Source of the DNA: a virus | DNA: 64,000 nucleotides | Virus record (IMG/VR): IMGVR_UViG_3300021963_000077 | Coordinates: 25,511 to 89,510 of that record | Direction: 5' to 3' (one strand) | In this document: piece by piece, positions 16,744 to 26,076 of the stretch | Layout: the number at the start of each line of letters is the position of its first letter | How positions within the stretch are numbered: the stretch's first letter is position 1 | Program-made: the position numbers and the translations under genes | The notes under the pieces: generated by a model | Database searches by the model: none | Told to the model about the DNA's origin: nothing | Seen by the model: the letters and a program-made list of their open reading frames with translations, nothing else

Positions 16744-18758
16744 TACTTTAGTCCAATAACCTTCAAGAACTGTTCTTTTGACTTACCAAGGCGTGTTACG
16801 CGAGATTTGTATATCTGCTCAACAATGGAAAGATGTTGTTTTTCATTTGAACTCAATTCGCCGTCAAACATCAATTTTTTACGGAACTCGTCAAACTGAA
16901 AGTTTTTGGCTCGTTCAAGCAGCCTCTCCAACAACATAATAACATTCCTGCGTTGTAGTGCAGAAAGTTTCTCAAAATGCGCCAATATTTCCTGCTGTCT
17001 TCTGTCAAAGTATTCATTAATGGCACTCATTGAGTCCGAACTAGCTCCTGCTCCATCGGACATATTTGCGACCGCTGTTAGGCGGCCACCACGCCTATAA
17101 ATATCGAGTGACTCCGGGTTTCTGGGCTTTGAGTTCGTCAGGTAATCACTCACGGCTATTGATATAAGGCTTTGTGGATCAACGTCACTAAGTTTTGCAT
17201 CAACTAACTCATCATCATCACCCATTACGGTGCTAGTCGCTTCTGTTAAGTATGGTGCTCTTGGGCCCTGGCCGAGACGCCATGTTCTCGGTGACTTGAT
17301 TCCAAGTGCAGAGTCTAGCTCTGACCTAAACCGCTGATTTACATACTCAAACTGGCTTACTTTTGAGTGCTCAAAATATCTAGCATTAGCTCCACCATCG
17401 TGAAGAATTATTCCATTTTTAATCTTGCCAGTTCTATACAAAGAACTGCGCTTTAAAGCAGCAGCCAATATTAAGGAAGAAACTCTGTCAATTGATCCAC
17501 CGTTGTTTAAGTGGCGGACAGCTGCGGCTAGATCGCTTATCCTTTCACCAAATTCTGGCTCGTTGTTTGAAATTGAACCGCGCTCAATCTTTGGGCGTTT
17601 GCCTCCCTTTGCGCGCAGTAGCGTCTCGTAATACCAGCGACGAATCATTTTCTTATTTTTTGATCCGGGTAGTGAAACTTCAACTAGTTCATTTGGGTTT
17701 GTAATGTTCTTAAAATCTTCTTCATATTTTATGGCGTCGCCCATTTCGGCAGCTATTGCTTTCATTCGTGCTGCTGGGTCAGAAGCCGTGCTAACGCTAT
17801 TGACAGATCTTACAGTTCTGCCTAGTTTCCTACGCTCACCAATCGTTAATGGACGAGCTTTTGAAATAGATAAAGTTGCACCCTTTGGAAGAATGTATTT
17901 TAGTTGCAAAATACCAGTATTGGACAGAAGGCCCAATTCGTCTTCGGGGGCTACATCGCTGAGCGCAACAACGGATGTTATGTATGTTGCGCCTTCCATG
18001 TCTCTATTGTCTGGAACTGTCCTCAGCACTGCAGGAGATACAACTGGTGTCAGAACAAAACCATCACGACGGATCATTCTCGTATTTTTTCCAGGCACAC
18101 CAGCCATAGCTGTTGTTATTGAATCAATTGAACGGCGTGACGCGCGGGAGTTTGATGCTGAAACTTTTGGAATCTGTGGATCACGGACAGATGTAACTTG
18201 TCCCTGTGTTGCAATGCCTCTAACGATTCGTCCAGAAACGCCATCGCCAATACCCCTACGCCTATCTGTTGGGGTAGTTATTTGAGCAATTGACTCTCCA
18301 AGTTGCTTGGCAATTTCAAACAACTTCTTGCCACATGTTGAAAACCGCGAATCAGTGAACCGTCCGCCATATTGATAGCCTTCTGGACACCTGTAGCCTC
18401 GATCTGGTTTTACGAAACCAGCACCAGGGAGATTGCCTCCGCCTGGAGTTAATGCCGATGTTACTCCAGAACGTATGGGGCTTCTGTATTTTGAGATGTT
18501 CCCAGGGGTAATAAATCCACCAAGCGCCTGTACTCCTTGTAGGTAGCGACTTGATGAGCCGGTAAGGCCAACCTTGTAGTAAATGGATTTATGATTTCCA
18601 TTTCTTTTCGCCAGACACTTGTAGTCAATGACGTCTTGAGTTTTGCCAGCAGTATCCAGCGGGAGCTTGTATACCTGCGCTTGCTTTACGGCAAGAGCTG
18701 GCATGTATGTGCGCTTCTTTAGACCACGCGGTTTATCGCAATCTTCACAACATGCCAT
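16743..18758 (-). CDS. Protein with RCP..GGRFT motif and degenerate HipA/PI3-4-kinase-like C-terminus
   Basis: Start ATG 18758 (MACCEDC), just after the upstream TGA. YRCPEGYQYGGRFTDSRFSTC; ALGIKSPRT...VSDYLTNSKPRNPES. Confidence 0.6.
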   Translation of the reverse strand: MACCEDCDKPRGLKKRTYMPALAVKQAQVYKLPLDTAGKTQDVIDYKCLAKRNGNHKSIYYKVGLTGSSSRYLQGVQALGGFITPGNISKYRSPIRSGVTSALTPGGGNLPGAGFVKPDRGYRCPEGYQYGGRFTDSRFSTCGKKLFEIAKQLGESIAQITTPTDRRRGIGDGVSGRIVRGIATQGQVTSVRDPQIPKVSASNSRASRRSIDSITTAMAGVPGKNTRMIRRDGFVLTPVVSPAVLRTVPDNRDMEGATYITSVVALSDVAPEDELGLLSNTGILQLKYILPKGATLSISKARPLTIGERRKLGRTVRSVNSVSTASDPAARMKAIAAEMGDAIKYEEDFKNITNPNELVEVSLPGSKNKKMIRRWYYETLLRAKGGKRPKIERGSISNNEPEFGERISDLAAAVRHLNNGGSIDRVSSLILAAALKRSSLYRTGKIKNGIILHDGGANARYFEHSKVSQFEYVNQRFRSELDSALGIKSPRTWRLGQGPRAPYLTEATSTVMGDDDELVDAKLSDVDPQSLISIAVSDYLTNSKPRNPESLDIYRRGGRLTAVANMSDGAGASSDSMSAINEYFDRRQQEILAHFEKLSALQRRNVIMLLERLLERAKNFQFDEFRKKLMFDGELSSNEKQHLSIVEQIYKSRVTRLGKSKEQFLKVIGLK

Positions 18759-18759
18759 T

Positions 18760-19452
18760 TCAGAATCCCGAGCACTTCCCGCATTCACATTCAGATTGCT
18801 CTGGTTTCCACCACTCATGCGGAACTTCAGTTTCTTCGTCAGCATCACCAATATGTATCCAGTTGCTGTCATCTGCTATGTACATAGCAAATTGCGGCTC
18901 CATTTCAACAAAATCACGCAATACTAGGTTTGCGTGCTCAAAGTCTGCGTCTGTGATCACTGGAACAAACGGCTCGTTTGGTGCAATTACTCCCGACCAC
19001 TCCATCTCTTTACGTCCTTGGCGAGATGTGAGCTTCCTCAGCCTGTCATCAAATTCGCGATCAGACCATACACTGCCCCTCACGACGCCTTTCATTTTGC
19101 GACGGCAGTTCTTCATTCCTGGATGGTGACATCCCTCATTTGGCCATAGTCCAGTAGTCTCGTGGTGTAGCCAGGCGCAAATATTATTCAGGGGGTATAG
19201 CTCTGGGTGGTCAGCAAGAATCACACGACAGCGCCTAAAACCACCTGGCTTTTTCATTATCGGACGCCAATAGCGCAGCAGTCTCTCTAGGTTGCCTCTT
19301 CTTGGGCCATATCCACGAAGCACATCACCAGTAACTGCCTCTTGGGCAACAACATCTATGCCTGAAGCATTCTGTAGAGCGTTTAGCTGAGATGCGCCTG
19401 GCGCTTTTTTAATAACTATATTGTTTATCTCTGCAAAGTGTTCAAATGTCAT
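18760..19452 (-). CDS. Hypothetical protein with Cys/His motif
   Basis: LLRYW...GGFRRC...ICAWLHHETTGLWP; ATGA overlap. Confidence 0.65.
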   Translation of the reverse strand: MTFEHFAEINNIVIKKAPGASQLNALQNASGIDVVAQEAVTGDVLRGYGPRRGNLERLLRYWRPIMKKPGGFRRCRVILADHPELYPLNNICAWLHHETTGLWPNEGCHHPGMKNCRRKMKGVVRGSVWSDREFDDRLRKLTSRQGRKEMEWSGVIAPNEPFVPVITDADFEHANLVLRDFVEMEPQFAMYIADDSNWIHIGDADEETEVPHEWWKPEQSECECGKCSGF

Positions 19453-19853
19453 TGCTCATCCAGTTCTTTCAATAATTTTTCAAGCTGTTTGCGGGAACCA
19501 TCTGGGAGGTTTTTGGCAATTTGGCGCAATTTAGCAAACTGTTCTGGCGATGCTTTTATCGAGTTAAGCTCCGTATTTCTAAGCTCAGAACTTGGACTAA
19601 CTGCGAATACATCTTTTATTCCACTCACTACATTAGCATCTTCAATAATCCCAGAAATGTCAGAAGCAGACATTGGCCTAGATCTCGCGCGATCTGAAAT
19701 TTGTGGCTTGAAGCGATCCATTGAGTCATTGAATCCAGACTTATTAGGCTCGTATCCACCGCTCTTTACGCTCTTTGGCGGCTTAACACTTACCAAGGAG
19801 TCTTTTGAACTAGACAGTTCCTCGTAAAGTTTTTCATGTGCTCTGCTACTCAT
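19449..19853 (-). CDS. Small hypothetical protein
   Basis: Start ATG 19853 in ATGA overlap with the 1445-aa ORF stop. Confidence 0.55.
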   Translation of the reverse strand: MSSRAHEKLYEELSSSKDSLVSVKPPKSVKSGGYEPNKSGFNDSMDRFKPQISDRARSRPMSASDISGIIEDANVVSGIKDVFAVSPSSELRNTELNSIKASPEQFAKLRQIAKNLPDGSRKQLEKLLKELDEQ

Positions 19854-22800
19854 TTGATACCCAACACTTCTATTGCGTCTGGATGAATCGTATTGACCCA
19901 ACGACGACCACGATACGCCCAGTCAAGCCACTTTACAATGTTTTGCTTGACAAGTTCTGGGATCATGTAATCCTTTATGCCGTGGCCCGACATTAGGAGA
20001 GCATGTAGTTCGGCAAATATTTCCTGTGGTTCAATATCGCCTGGCTCAACCATCAGACCGCCATAATACGGTCGTTTTGATCCGTAAGAACTAAATAATT
20101 TAGCTACATCTAATAAAGCCCGGCGATCAATTGGATCAGTAATTCCGTCCCATGTCCTTTGGCTTATTTCCCTGAAAGCTGCGCCTTGATAGCCGTCAAC
20201 TCCTAATTGAGTTGAAGGATCATAGAACATTGCAATGTCAAGATCGTAGCTGTAAGCCTCGTATGAATTTGATGGTGCTAGTTGCACATTTGTAACGGGA
20301 TCATCAGGGAAGAATTCTTTATATATGTCTGATTCACGGATGTCTTCCATGAAAATTGGATCAGTAAGTATTGCCATTACTTCGTCTACAACTCGCTCGT
20401 CGGCAATATTCTTCTTGCCATCTGGACCCATGTCTTTTCCGTAAAGTGAATGATCAGCTTCAAATGGAACAACAGTATAAATAATTTCTGAGTTCATAAT
20501 AAAATCACGCAGATCAATCATATTCCGACCCGTGATTCGTTCTGCTTTTAGATTTGCTAGAGCATTGATGTACTCTGTTCTTTTTTGCTGAAGTGCTTTA
20601 GCGATTGATACATCTTTTGTCTGGCCTAAAGAAACTTCAAGTTTTGCAATCTCTAGTGGCAAATCTAGTATTGCGTCTTCAATCTTGGGAAGCAATGCTT
20701 CATAACGATCCGCTTGAATTTTTATAGTCGGCAGTATTTCTCTAGTAATTGTTCCAGTAAATATTTGTTTAGCATAACGCTTAGCCTTTGATCTAACGGT
20801 ATCAACAATTGCTTTGTCGCGTTCTAGTGCAGTTGTTCCAGACATTGACTCGTCATATGACAGAGATTCGGCCAAAGCATGGGCCATTTCATGGTGTGCA
20901 ATGTTCATGACTGCACCCGTTTGCGCAAGAGAGTGAATTTGACGGCGCTCAGCCTTGCTCATTCCACTATTTCCGGAAGAGTAAGCTGTTTTCATTATCT
21001 GTGTACCAATATTGTCGCTTGTTGAGTCTTTGTTGGATATGTAAACAGGCACAGTTTGTCCTGTTCGCGGGTCTACGTACATACGCATTGAATCACCGGA
21101 ATGCTGACGAACAAGAGCTCCATCTGTGGCCAATTCCATAAGAAGCCACTTTGCTCCAGTTGAAGTGGAGCGATCAACGCCACCACTCCTATCAAACTTG
21201 GAAACATTGGATTCAACAACGCCAGTCACTCCACCAAGAGAATCGCTTTGCTCGCGTATTGCGTAGCCCCAATCCTTTAATTCTGGTACTTGCATTGCTA
21301 CTGAAATAACGCCAGCAAAAGCTGATATTTCTTCATTTGTTAAATCTCGATCATTACTACCAAAACCGGTGAATTTGATTTCTCTAAATATTTGCGCCAA
21401 TGCGCTCTTTGCGTCGCTCACTTTTCGCAGTGGGCCATATTTTGATTCAACGCTTAATATTGTGTCATCAACATATTTTCTGACATTATCAGCAGACATG
21501 CTTGGAGTTTGCTTGATTCTGTCATTATCTGCAATACTCCAATCTTTTATTTTGCCAGTCATTTCATCAATCATGTCGCGCAGTAATTGCTCAATATCGT
21601 TGAATGATGATCCTTCTGATTTTTTAGGTACAGGCCTTGACGTAGAACCTTGCTCAACGTCTCTCAACTTCTCGCTTACCGATGCAACACCTACTGGGCG
21701 CTCAAACTGCGTTGAATCTTGCACCAAGCCGTCGCCATCACCATCTTCAGCTCTTGGATCAAACCTGGCCGTTAAAAGCCTGCCGATGCGACGCATCTTT
21801 CGCGGCATCGCTTTTGCCTCTATCTCAACAAAATGTTCTTTTGTCTGTCCGACATTAAGTCCCATGAGCCTAAATACTTTGTATCTGCCGTCGCGTTTTA
21901 CATCGTTGATTAAGTTCAATTGACCGCTACTCATAAGCCTGTCAAGAATGATCATATTATGAAGATCTGCAGCCCATACACCAAACTGCTTGCCGTCAGT
22001 TTTTTCAAACCCAGCCATGCTGTCTAGGATTTCGTCAATACCAATATTGTCGCCGGCAGACAAACCCATTCGCTGTCTAAAGATCTGCTTAAGTTGACCA
22101 AGGTATGTATCAGCTGCGTCAACTAAAATATCTTTCGCACTATCCTTGAGGCCGATGGTGTCTAGTTCTTGTCCTTTTTCTTTAGGGCTTTGCGGTCTGC
22201 TTGCGTAGAACTCCCCAGTGCGACCATCTTGCCTTACGTTATTTACAGTTGAAATATCTGATGTGTAGTTATTGATCTTTGGTGACCTGTATCTACTGCC
22301 CTGATTTCTGAGTCGTGATTGATCTCTACGCTCAAGTGAATCAGACAAGAGCGCTCCAGCGCGTCTCTTGGCTCTGTTTACACGTCCACCTTGCTGTGGT
22401 GAAAAACGTGGACCACCAAGACTGCGTGGAACTCCATCAGCATCAACTGGAACATTGAAACGATCCGCAAATTCTTGTTGAATTATTTTCTCTAGGGTAT
22501 TTTTATCTACTGCACCGATAAGGCTGGGATCTGCGTCTGCCAGCAATGAGTAGATCATTTTATAAGCTGCATAAAACTCAGCATTTGCTTCTATGCCAAA
22601 ATTGCCACTTTTGTCAGTTGCGTGTGAATATTCCGACCCGACGATGTTGGCAAGGTTTTTAAGATTATCCTGTATCCCTTGGCTTGGATTTACGAGATCG
22701 TATAGCTCACTATATATTGCTTCAACGATTTGCTCACGTTTAGTTTCATCAGTTTCTAGTGGAAGTGCATCCACTAAAGGCTTGATATTGGGATGTGAAC

Positions 22801-24187
22801 TTATATCTAGAACTTTACGATTTACTAGTTCGCCAGTTGCTGTATCAAGAACTTGCATATCCTTGGTTTCAGTGATTCCTGCCTGGTTTAGCTTTGCTCT
22901 AAAGTCAGCAAAATGACCGAACTCATGAGTTCCTACTTCATGTCCAAATGTCCGCATATCTGGAGGTGTTGCAAAAAGGTGCCTAGGATTGTCACCCGAT
23001 ACATATTGATATGTACCTCGTAGTTGCTCTGGTGCCATCAGGAGCCCAAACATTCCATCGCCATCAATTGTTAATTGAGCTAAGTCGCCACCAATCTCCT
23101 GTGCGTCAACTAGCTTCATTGAGCCAAGCATTTGAGACCACTCGCGATTATCGTAGGCTTCTAGTAGAAATGCCTCAATAAAACCCCACCTAAACTTCAC
23201 ATAGTCAGCAACTTCTTCGGCGTCAGAAAATTTTTCCAAAGGAATATTCAGAAAGTCATCTATTTCTTTTTCTGGCACATTAGGAAATGACTCCCTCATT
23301 GCTTTTTTCATCTGACGAGCAGAGCGAAGGCTGCGACGGCCAGAGATTAAGCTGCGTCTTCCAAGACCTTGGTAAGCAGCTTTGCGTCTAAGGGCAGCGC
23401 TTTCCTTGAGAAGCCGTTTGCGTAGGCTCAGCTCTTCGTCACCAACGACCATATCGCCGTTTGGCGTAGTGGCACGTAGACCTACTGCAACAGATCCATT
23501 TATTGATTGTTTTGCGACCCGAGCTGCTCCACGCGCAGCTCCACCAGCAACAGTTCTAGCTGAAGGAATCATGCAATTTGATAACTGTAGGTCAGTGAAC
23601 TGACCGCCGCCTGGGGTTTCCTCTGGACACCTCAAACGCCCTTGATCGTCAAATGGGATGTTCCTTGATCTAGCAATTCGCAGCAACAGGTTGGGGAGTT
23701 TTGAATCATCCCCGAGTGTCATTCCCAAAACGCCTTTAGCGTTAAAAGTCTGACCGTTAACGACAAACTTATCTGGGTCTTTTATTAGGCCATAACCAGT
23801 TTCGTCATTATTTGGGCCGAGGCGACATACGACCATTTTGTGCCCAGGCGGAACTAGTGGTACTGGATCACCTTTTTTGAATGTTGATACAAAGTGATCG
23901 TAGGGGTGTAGTTTTTTTTCTGCCTTAGCTTTTGGCGTGGCATCGGTAATCGTCTTCTCTGGCTGCTTTTCTGCTTTGTGGCGCATGCCAAAGGATGATC
24001 CTTTAGCTGCAAGTATGCGCGATTCGGCCCACCGAGCTGTGTCTACTGCGGTACTTAATTCGCTCGCTTCAAAACTCATTTTTATATGCGAGCCAACAGA
24101 CTTGGTGCTAAGGCGCCAAGCGTCAGTAGACGCCGTGTTGCCATCATTGCTATCCGCCGGCGAGCCCTCATGAATACCATCAGGCAC
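19850..24187 (-). CDS. Modular polyprotein with RCP..GGQFT motif, two HExxH zincin-like domains and one DGD cassette
   Basis: GTG start after GGAGG SD. THEFGH...EANAEFYA and HHEMAH...QEIFAEL. Confidence 0.75.
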   Translation of the reverse strand: MPDGIHEGSPADSNDGNTASTDAWRLSTKSVGSHIKMSFEASELSTAVDTARWAESRILAAKGSSFGMRHKAEKQPEKTITDATPKAKAEKKLHPYDHFVSTFKKGDPVPLVPPGHKMVVCRLGPNNDETGYGLIKDPDKFVVNGQTFNAKGVLGMTLGDDSKLPNLLLRIARSRNIPFDDQGRLRCPEETPGGGQFTDLQLSNCMIPSARTVAGGAARGAARVAKQSINGSVAVGLRATTPNGDMVVGDEELSLRKRLLKESAALRRKAAYQGLGRRSLISGRRSLRSARQMKKAMRESFPNVPEKEIDDFLNIPLEKFSDAEEVADYVKFRWGFIEAFLLEAYDNREWSQMLGSMKLVDAQEIGGDLAQLTIDGDGMFGLLMAPEQLRGTYQYVSGDNPRHLFATPPDMRTFGHEVGTHEFGHFADFRAKLNQAGITETKDMQVLDTATGELVNRKVLDISSHPNIKPLVDALPLETDETKREQIVEAIYSELYDLVNPSQGIQDNLKNLANIVGSEYSHATDKSGNFGIEANAEFYAAYKMIYSLLADADPSLIGAVDKNTLEKIIQQEFADRFNVPVDADGVPRSLGGPRFSPQQGGRVNRAKRRAGALLSDSLERRDQSRLRNQGSRYRSPKINNYTSDISTVNNVRQDGRTGEFYASRPQSPKEKGQELDTIGLKDSAKDILVDAADTYLGQLKQIFRQRMGLSAGDNIGIDEILDSMAGFEKTDGKQFGVWAADLHNMIILDRLMSSGQLNLINDVKRDGRYKVFRLMGLNVGQTKEHFVEIEAKAMPRKMRRIGRLLTARFDPRAEDGDGDGLVQDSTQFERPVGVASVSEKLRDVEQGSTSRPVPKKSEGSSFNDIEQLLRDMIDEMTGKIKDWSIADNDRIKQTPSMSADNVRKYVDDTILSVESKYGPLRKVSDAKSALAQIFREIKFTGFGSNDRDLTNEEISAFAGVISVAMQVPELKDWGYAIREQSDSLGGVTGVVESNVSKFDRSGGVDRSTSTGAKWLLMELATDGALVRQHSGDSMRMYVDPRTGQTVPVYISNKDSTSDNIGTQIMKTAYSSGNSGMSKAERRQIHSLAQTGAVMNIAHHEMAHALAESLSYDESMSGTTALERDKAIVDTVRSKAKRYAKQIFTGTITREILPTIKIQADRYEALLPKIEDAILDLPLEIAKLEVSLGQTKDVSIAKALQQKRTEYINALANLKAERITGRNMIDLRDFIMNSEIIYTVVPFEADHSLYGKDMGPDGKKNIADERVVDEVMAILTDPIFMEDIRESDIYKEFFPDDPVTNVQLAPSNSYEAYSYDLDIAMFYDPSTQLGVDGYQGAAFREISQRTWDGITDPIDRRALLDVAKLFSSYGSKRPYYGGLMVEPGDIEPQEIFAELHALLMSGHGIKDYMIPELVKQNIVKWLDWAYRGRRWVNTIHPDAIEVLGIK

Positions 24188-24204
24188 GTCGCCTCCAGTT
24201 TTAA

Positions 24205-24429
24205 TTACTCAGAAATGATTTCTTCTGATGCAGAGGTTTCTTCTGTAGCAACTTCTTCAACTGCATCCGCAACTTGTGGCTCCGCAACTGCCTCTGCGAC
24301 CGCCTCTTCAACAGCTTCAACCTTAGGTTCACGACGCTTTCTCGTCTTAAATTCCTTTAGTTCTTCTGCCTTATTTTCAACAGCGATCATAAATCCAGCG
24401 GGTCCTGGTTGTGACTTCTTCTTCATCAC
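24205..24429 (-). CDS. Small protein, basic N-terminus and Glu/Ala-rich C-terminus
   Basis: ORF overlapping the upstream stop. Confidence 0.55.
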   Translation of the reverse strand: MMKKKSQPGPAGFMIAVENKAEELKEFKTRKRREPKVEAVEEAVAEAVAEPQVADAVEEVATEETSASEEIISE

Positions 24430-25838
24430 TTCTCCGTTTCGTCAACGCCGTGCTCAGTTGCGAGCATTTCAAATTCCATTAGAGATGCAAGGAAGCTTGC
24501 TTCTTCAGACTTTTCTCCGCCAGAGAACTTCTTCTTAACATCTTCTGGCACCCAATTACTAGGAATGAGTTCGTCAAGACCGAGCGACATGGCTCGCTTC
24601 ATGATGTGAGCCTTCGTGGCTTCTTTGTCCTTTGCGCGGCCATATGCCTGAACTGCGTTCCTAAGGTCGGCTTCATCCTTAATTGGGTATGAACCATCTG
24701 GTAAGGCATAGCCTTGCTTGGCCATTGACATTCTTGACTCTTCGCTGTAAGCACGCTTGAGCGCAATCTCCGCTGCCTCTGCTTCTATTTCTGAAGCTTC
24801 TTCCTGCGTGTACTCGTCGTAACCAAGAATTTCGCCAGACAATGAAACAAAGACATCATATGACTTTCCGTCAATGCCCTCTATCTCAACTGCATAGCTG
24901 TCGTATCCCTCAAAGATGTCTGGCTCAATTGCAACAACATCGCCCATAACGCTCTTTGTTGCGATATCTGCTGCTTCCTCAAAGCCAATCATCTTGTTGC
25001 CCTCAAGGGCCGACTTGACTTGAAGTACATCCTGATTCAAAAGCTGCCATCCGAGGCACTCACCGGTCTCGCCGTCAAAAAATGCCTCAACAGGACGACC
25101 GTCTTTGCGCTCAATGTCAACAACAAATAGGTCAGCCTTGTCGGAGAATCCAGAATCAAGGACTTTGCCACTAAACATATCTTCAGCAATTCCTTCAATT
25201 TCAAGAAGACCAGGCATTGAACCCTCAGATACGCAGCCGCCTGGGCAGTTATCGCAAACCGAGGACCCACCAGGATAAACCTTGCGCTCAAATGCGCACA
25301 TGAAAGCTTCCTCGTCAAAGTCAGCTGACTTATAGCCCATTGAGTTCATACGGCGCATACGCATCTTCTTGCGCATGGCGACCATGTCTACTTCTTCTTC
25401 TTCTTCTTCGTCTTCGTCTTCGTCTTCTTCTGACATTTCATCAGATTCTTCTTCAGACTCGGCATCCATGGACTCGTCGTCCATCTCTTCCTCGTCGTCC
25501 ATCTCGTCTTCGTCTTTTTCGGCCATGAACTCAAGGATCGCTTTTACATAAGCATCATCGTCCATATCTTCATCGTCAAGTTCTTCACCCATGGCCATGT
25601 AGTCTTCAACCATTTTCTTTGGGGTCTTCTTCTTGCGGACTGGAGCCATTGGCATTGCGTCCTCATCGTCCTCGTCTGAGCCCCACATGTATCCACCCTT
25701 GACAGATGTAGCCATAGCTCCGCACTTTCCGCAGACCTTTGCGCCGGGCTCATAGCCACATTCAGATAGATCTAGACCCTTGGCACACTGGATGATTTCA
25801 CCGTCTGCATCTAGTTTGACTATAGCTTTTTCGTCCAT
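24426..25838 (-). CDS. Acidic protein with Cys clusters, two PepSY-like domains and a C-terminal ALPDGSYPI module (DUF6582-like)
   Basis: Start ATG 25838 (TAATG overlap). IGFEEAADIA...GDVVAIE...YAVEIEGIDGKSYDVFVSLSGEILG plus a preceding copy ending FDGETGECLG. Confidence 0.65.
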   Translation of the reverse strand: MDEKAIVKLDADGEIIQCAKGLDLSECGYEPGAKVCGKCGAMATSVKGGYMWGSDEDDEDAMPMAPVRKKKTPKKMVEDYMAMGEELDDEDMDDDAYVKAILEFMAEKDEDEMDDEEEMDDESMDAESEEESDEMSEEDEDEDEEEEEEVDMVAMRKKMRMRRMNSMGYKSADFDEEAFMCAFERKVYPGGSSVCDNCPGGCVSEGSMPGLLEIEGIAEDMFSGKVLDSGFSDKADLFVVDIERKDGRPVEAFFDGETGECLGWQLLNQDVLQVKSALEGNKMIGFEEAADIATKSVMGDVVAIEPDIFEGYDSYAVEIEGIDGKSYDVFVSLSGEILGYDEYTQEEASEIEAEAAEIALKRAYSEESRMSMAKQGYALPDGSYPIKDEADLRNAVQAYGRAKDKEATKAHIMKRAMSLGLDELIPSNWVPEDVKKKFSGGEKSEEASFLASLMEFEMLATEHGVDETEK

Positions 25839-26032
25839 TACGACTCCTTGTATTGCATTGACTTTGTCAGGCAACCTTTGGGATTAGTGCATCCTCCACA
25901 TGGTTGCATTCTTTTTTCGCCTGTAACCATGCAGTGATACTTATGTTGAAGATTGTTTGAACCTATTGGTTTAGAATAACCCATTTGAGCCCCACTCTGT
26001 GGGTACTTTGGTGATTTCTTATTCTTTGCCAT
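25838..26032 (-). CDS. Small Cys-rich protein
   Basis: HCMVTGEKRMQPCGGCTNPKGC. Confidence 0.55.
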   Translation of the reverse strand: MAKNKKSPKYPQSGAQMGYSKPIGSNNLQHKYHCMVTGEKRMQPCGGCTNPKGCLTKSMQYKES

Positions 26033-26076
26033 GTGGATCAAAATCCTAATCTGTATAACGACTGGATCATTTTATA

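Noticed and set aside
25385-25520. TTC/TCG trinucleotide-like repeats
   Set aside because: They simply encode the Asp/Glu-rich tract of the 24426..25838 protein.
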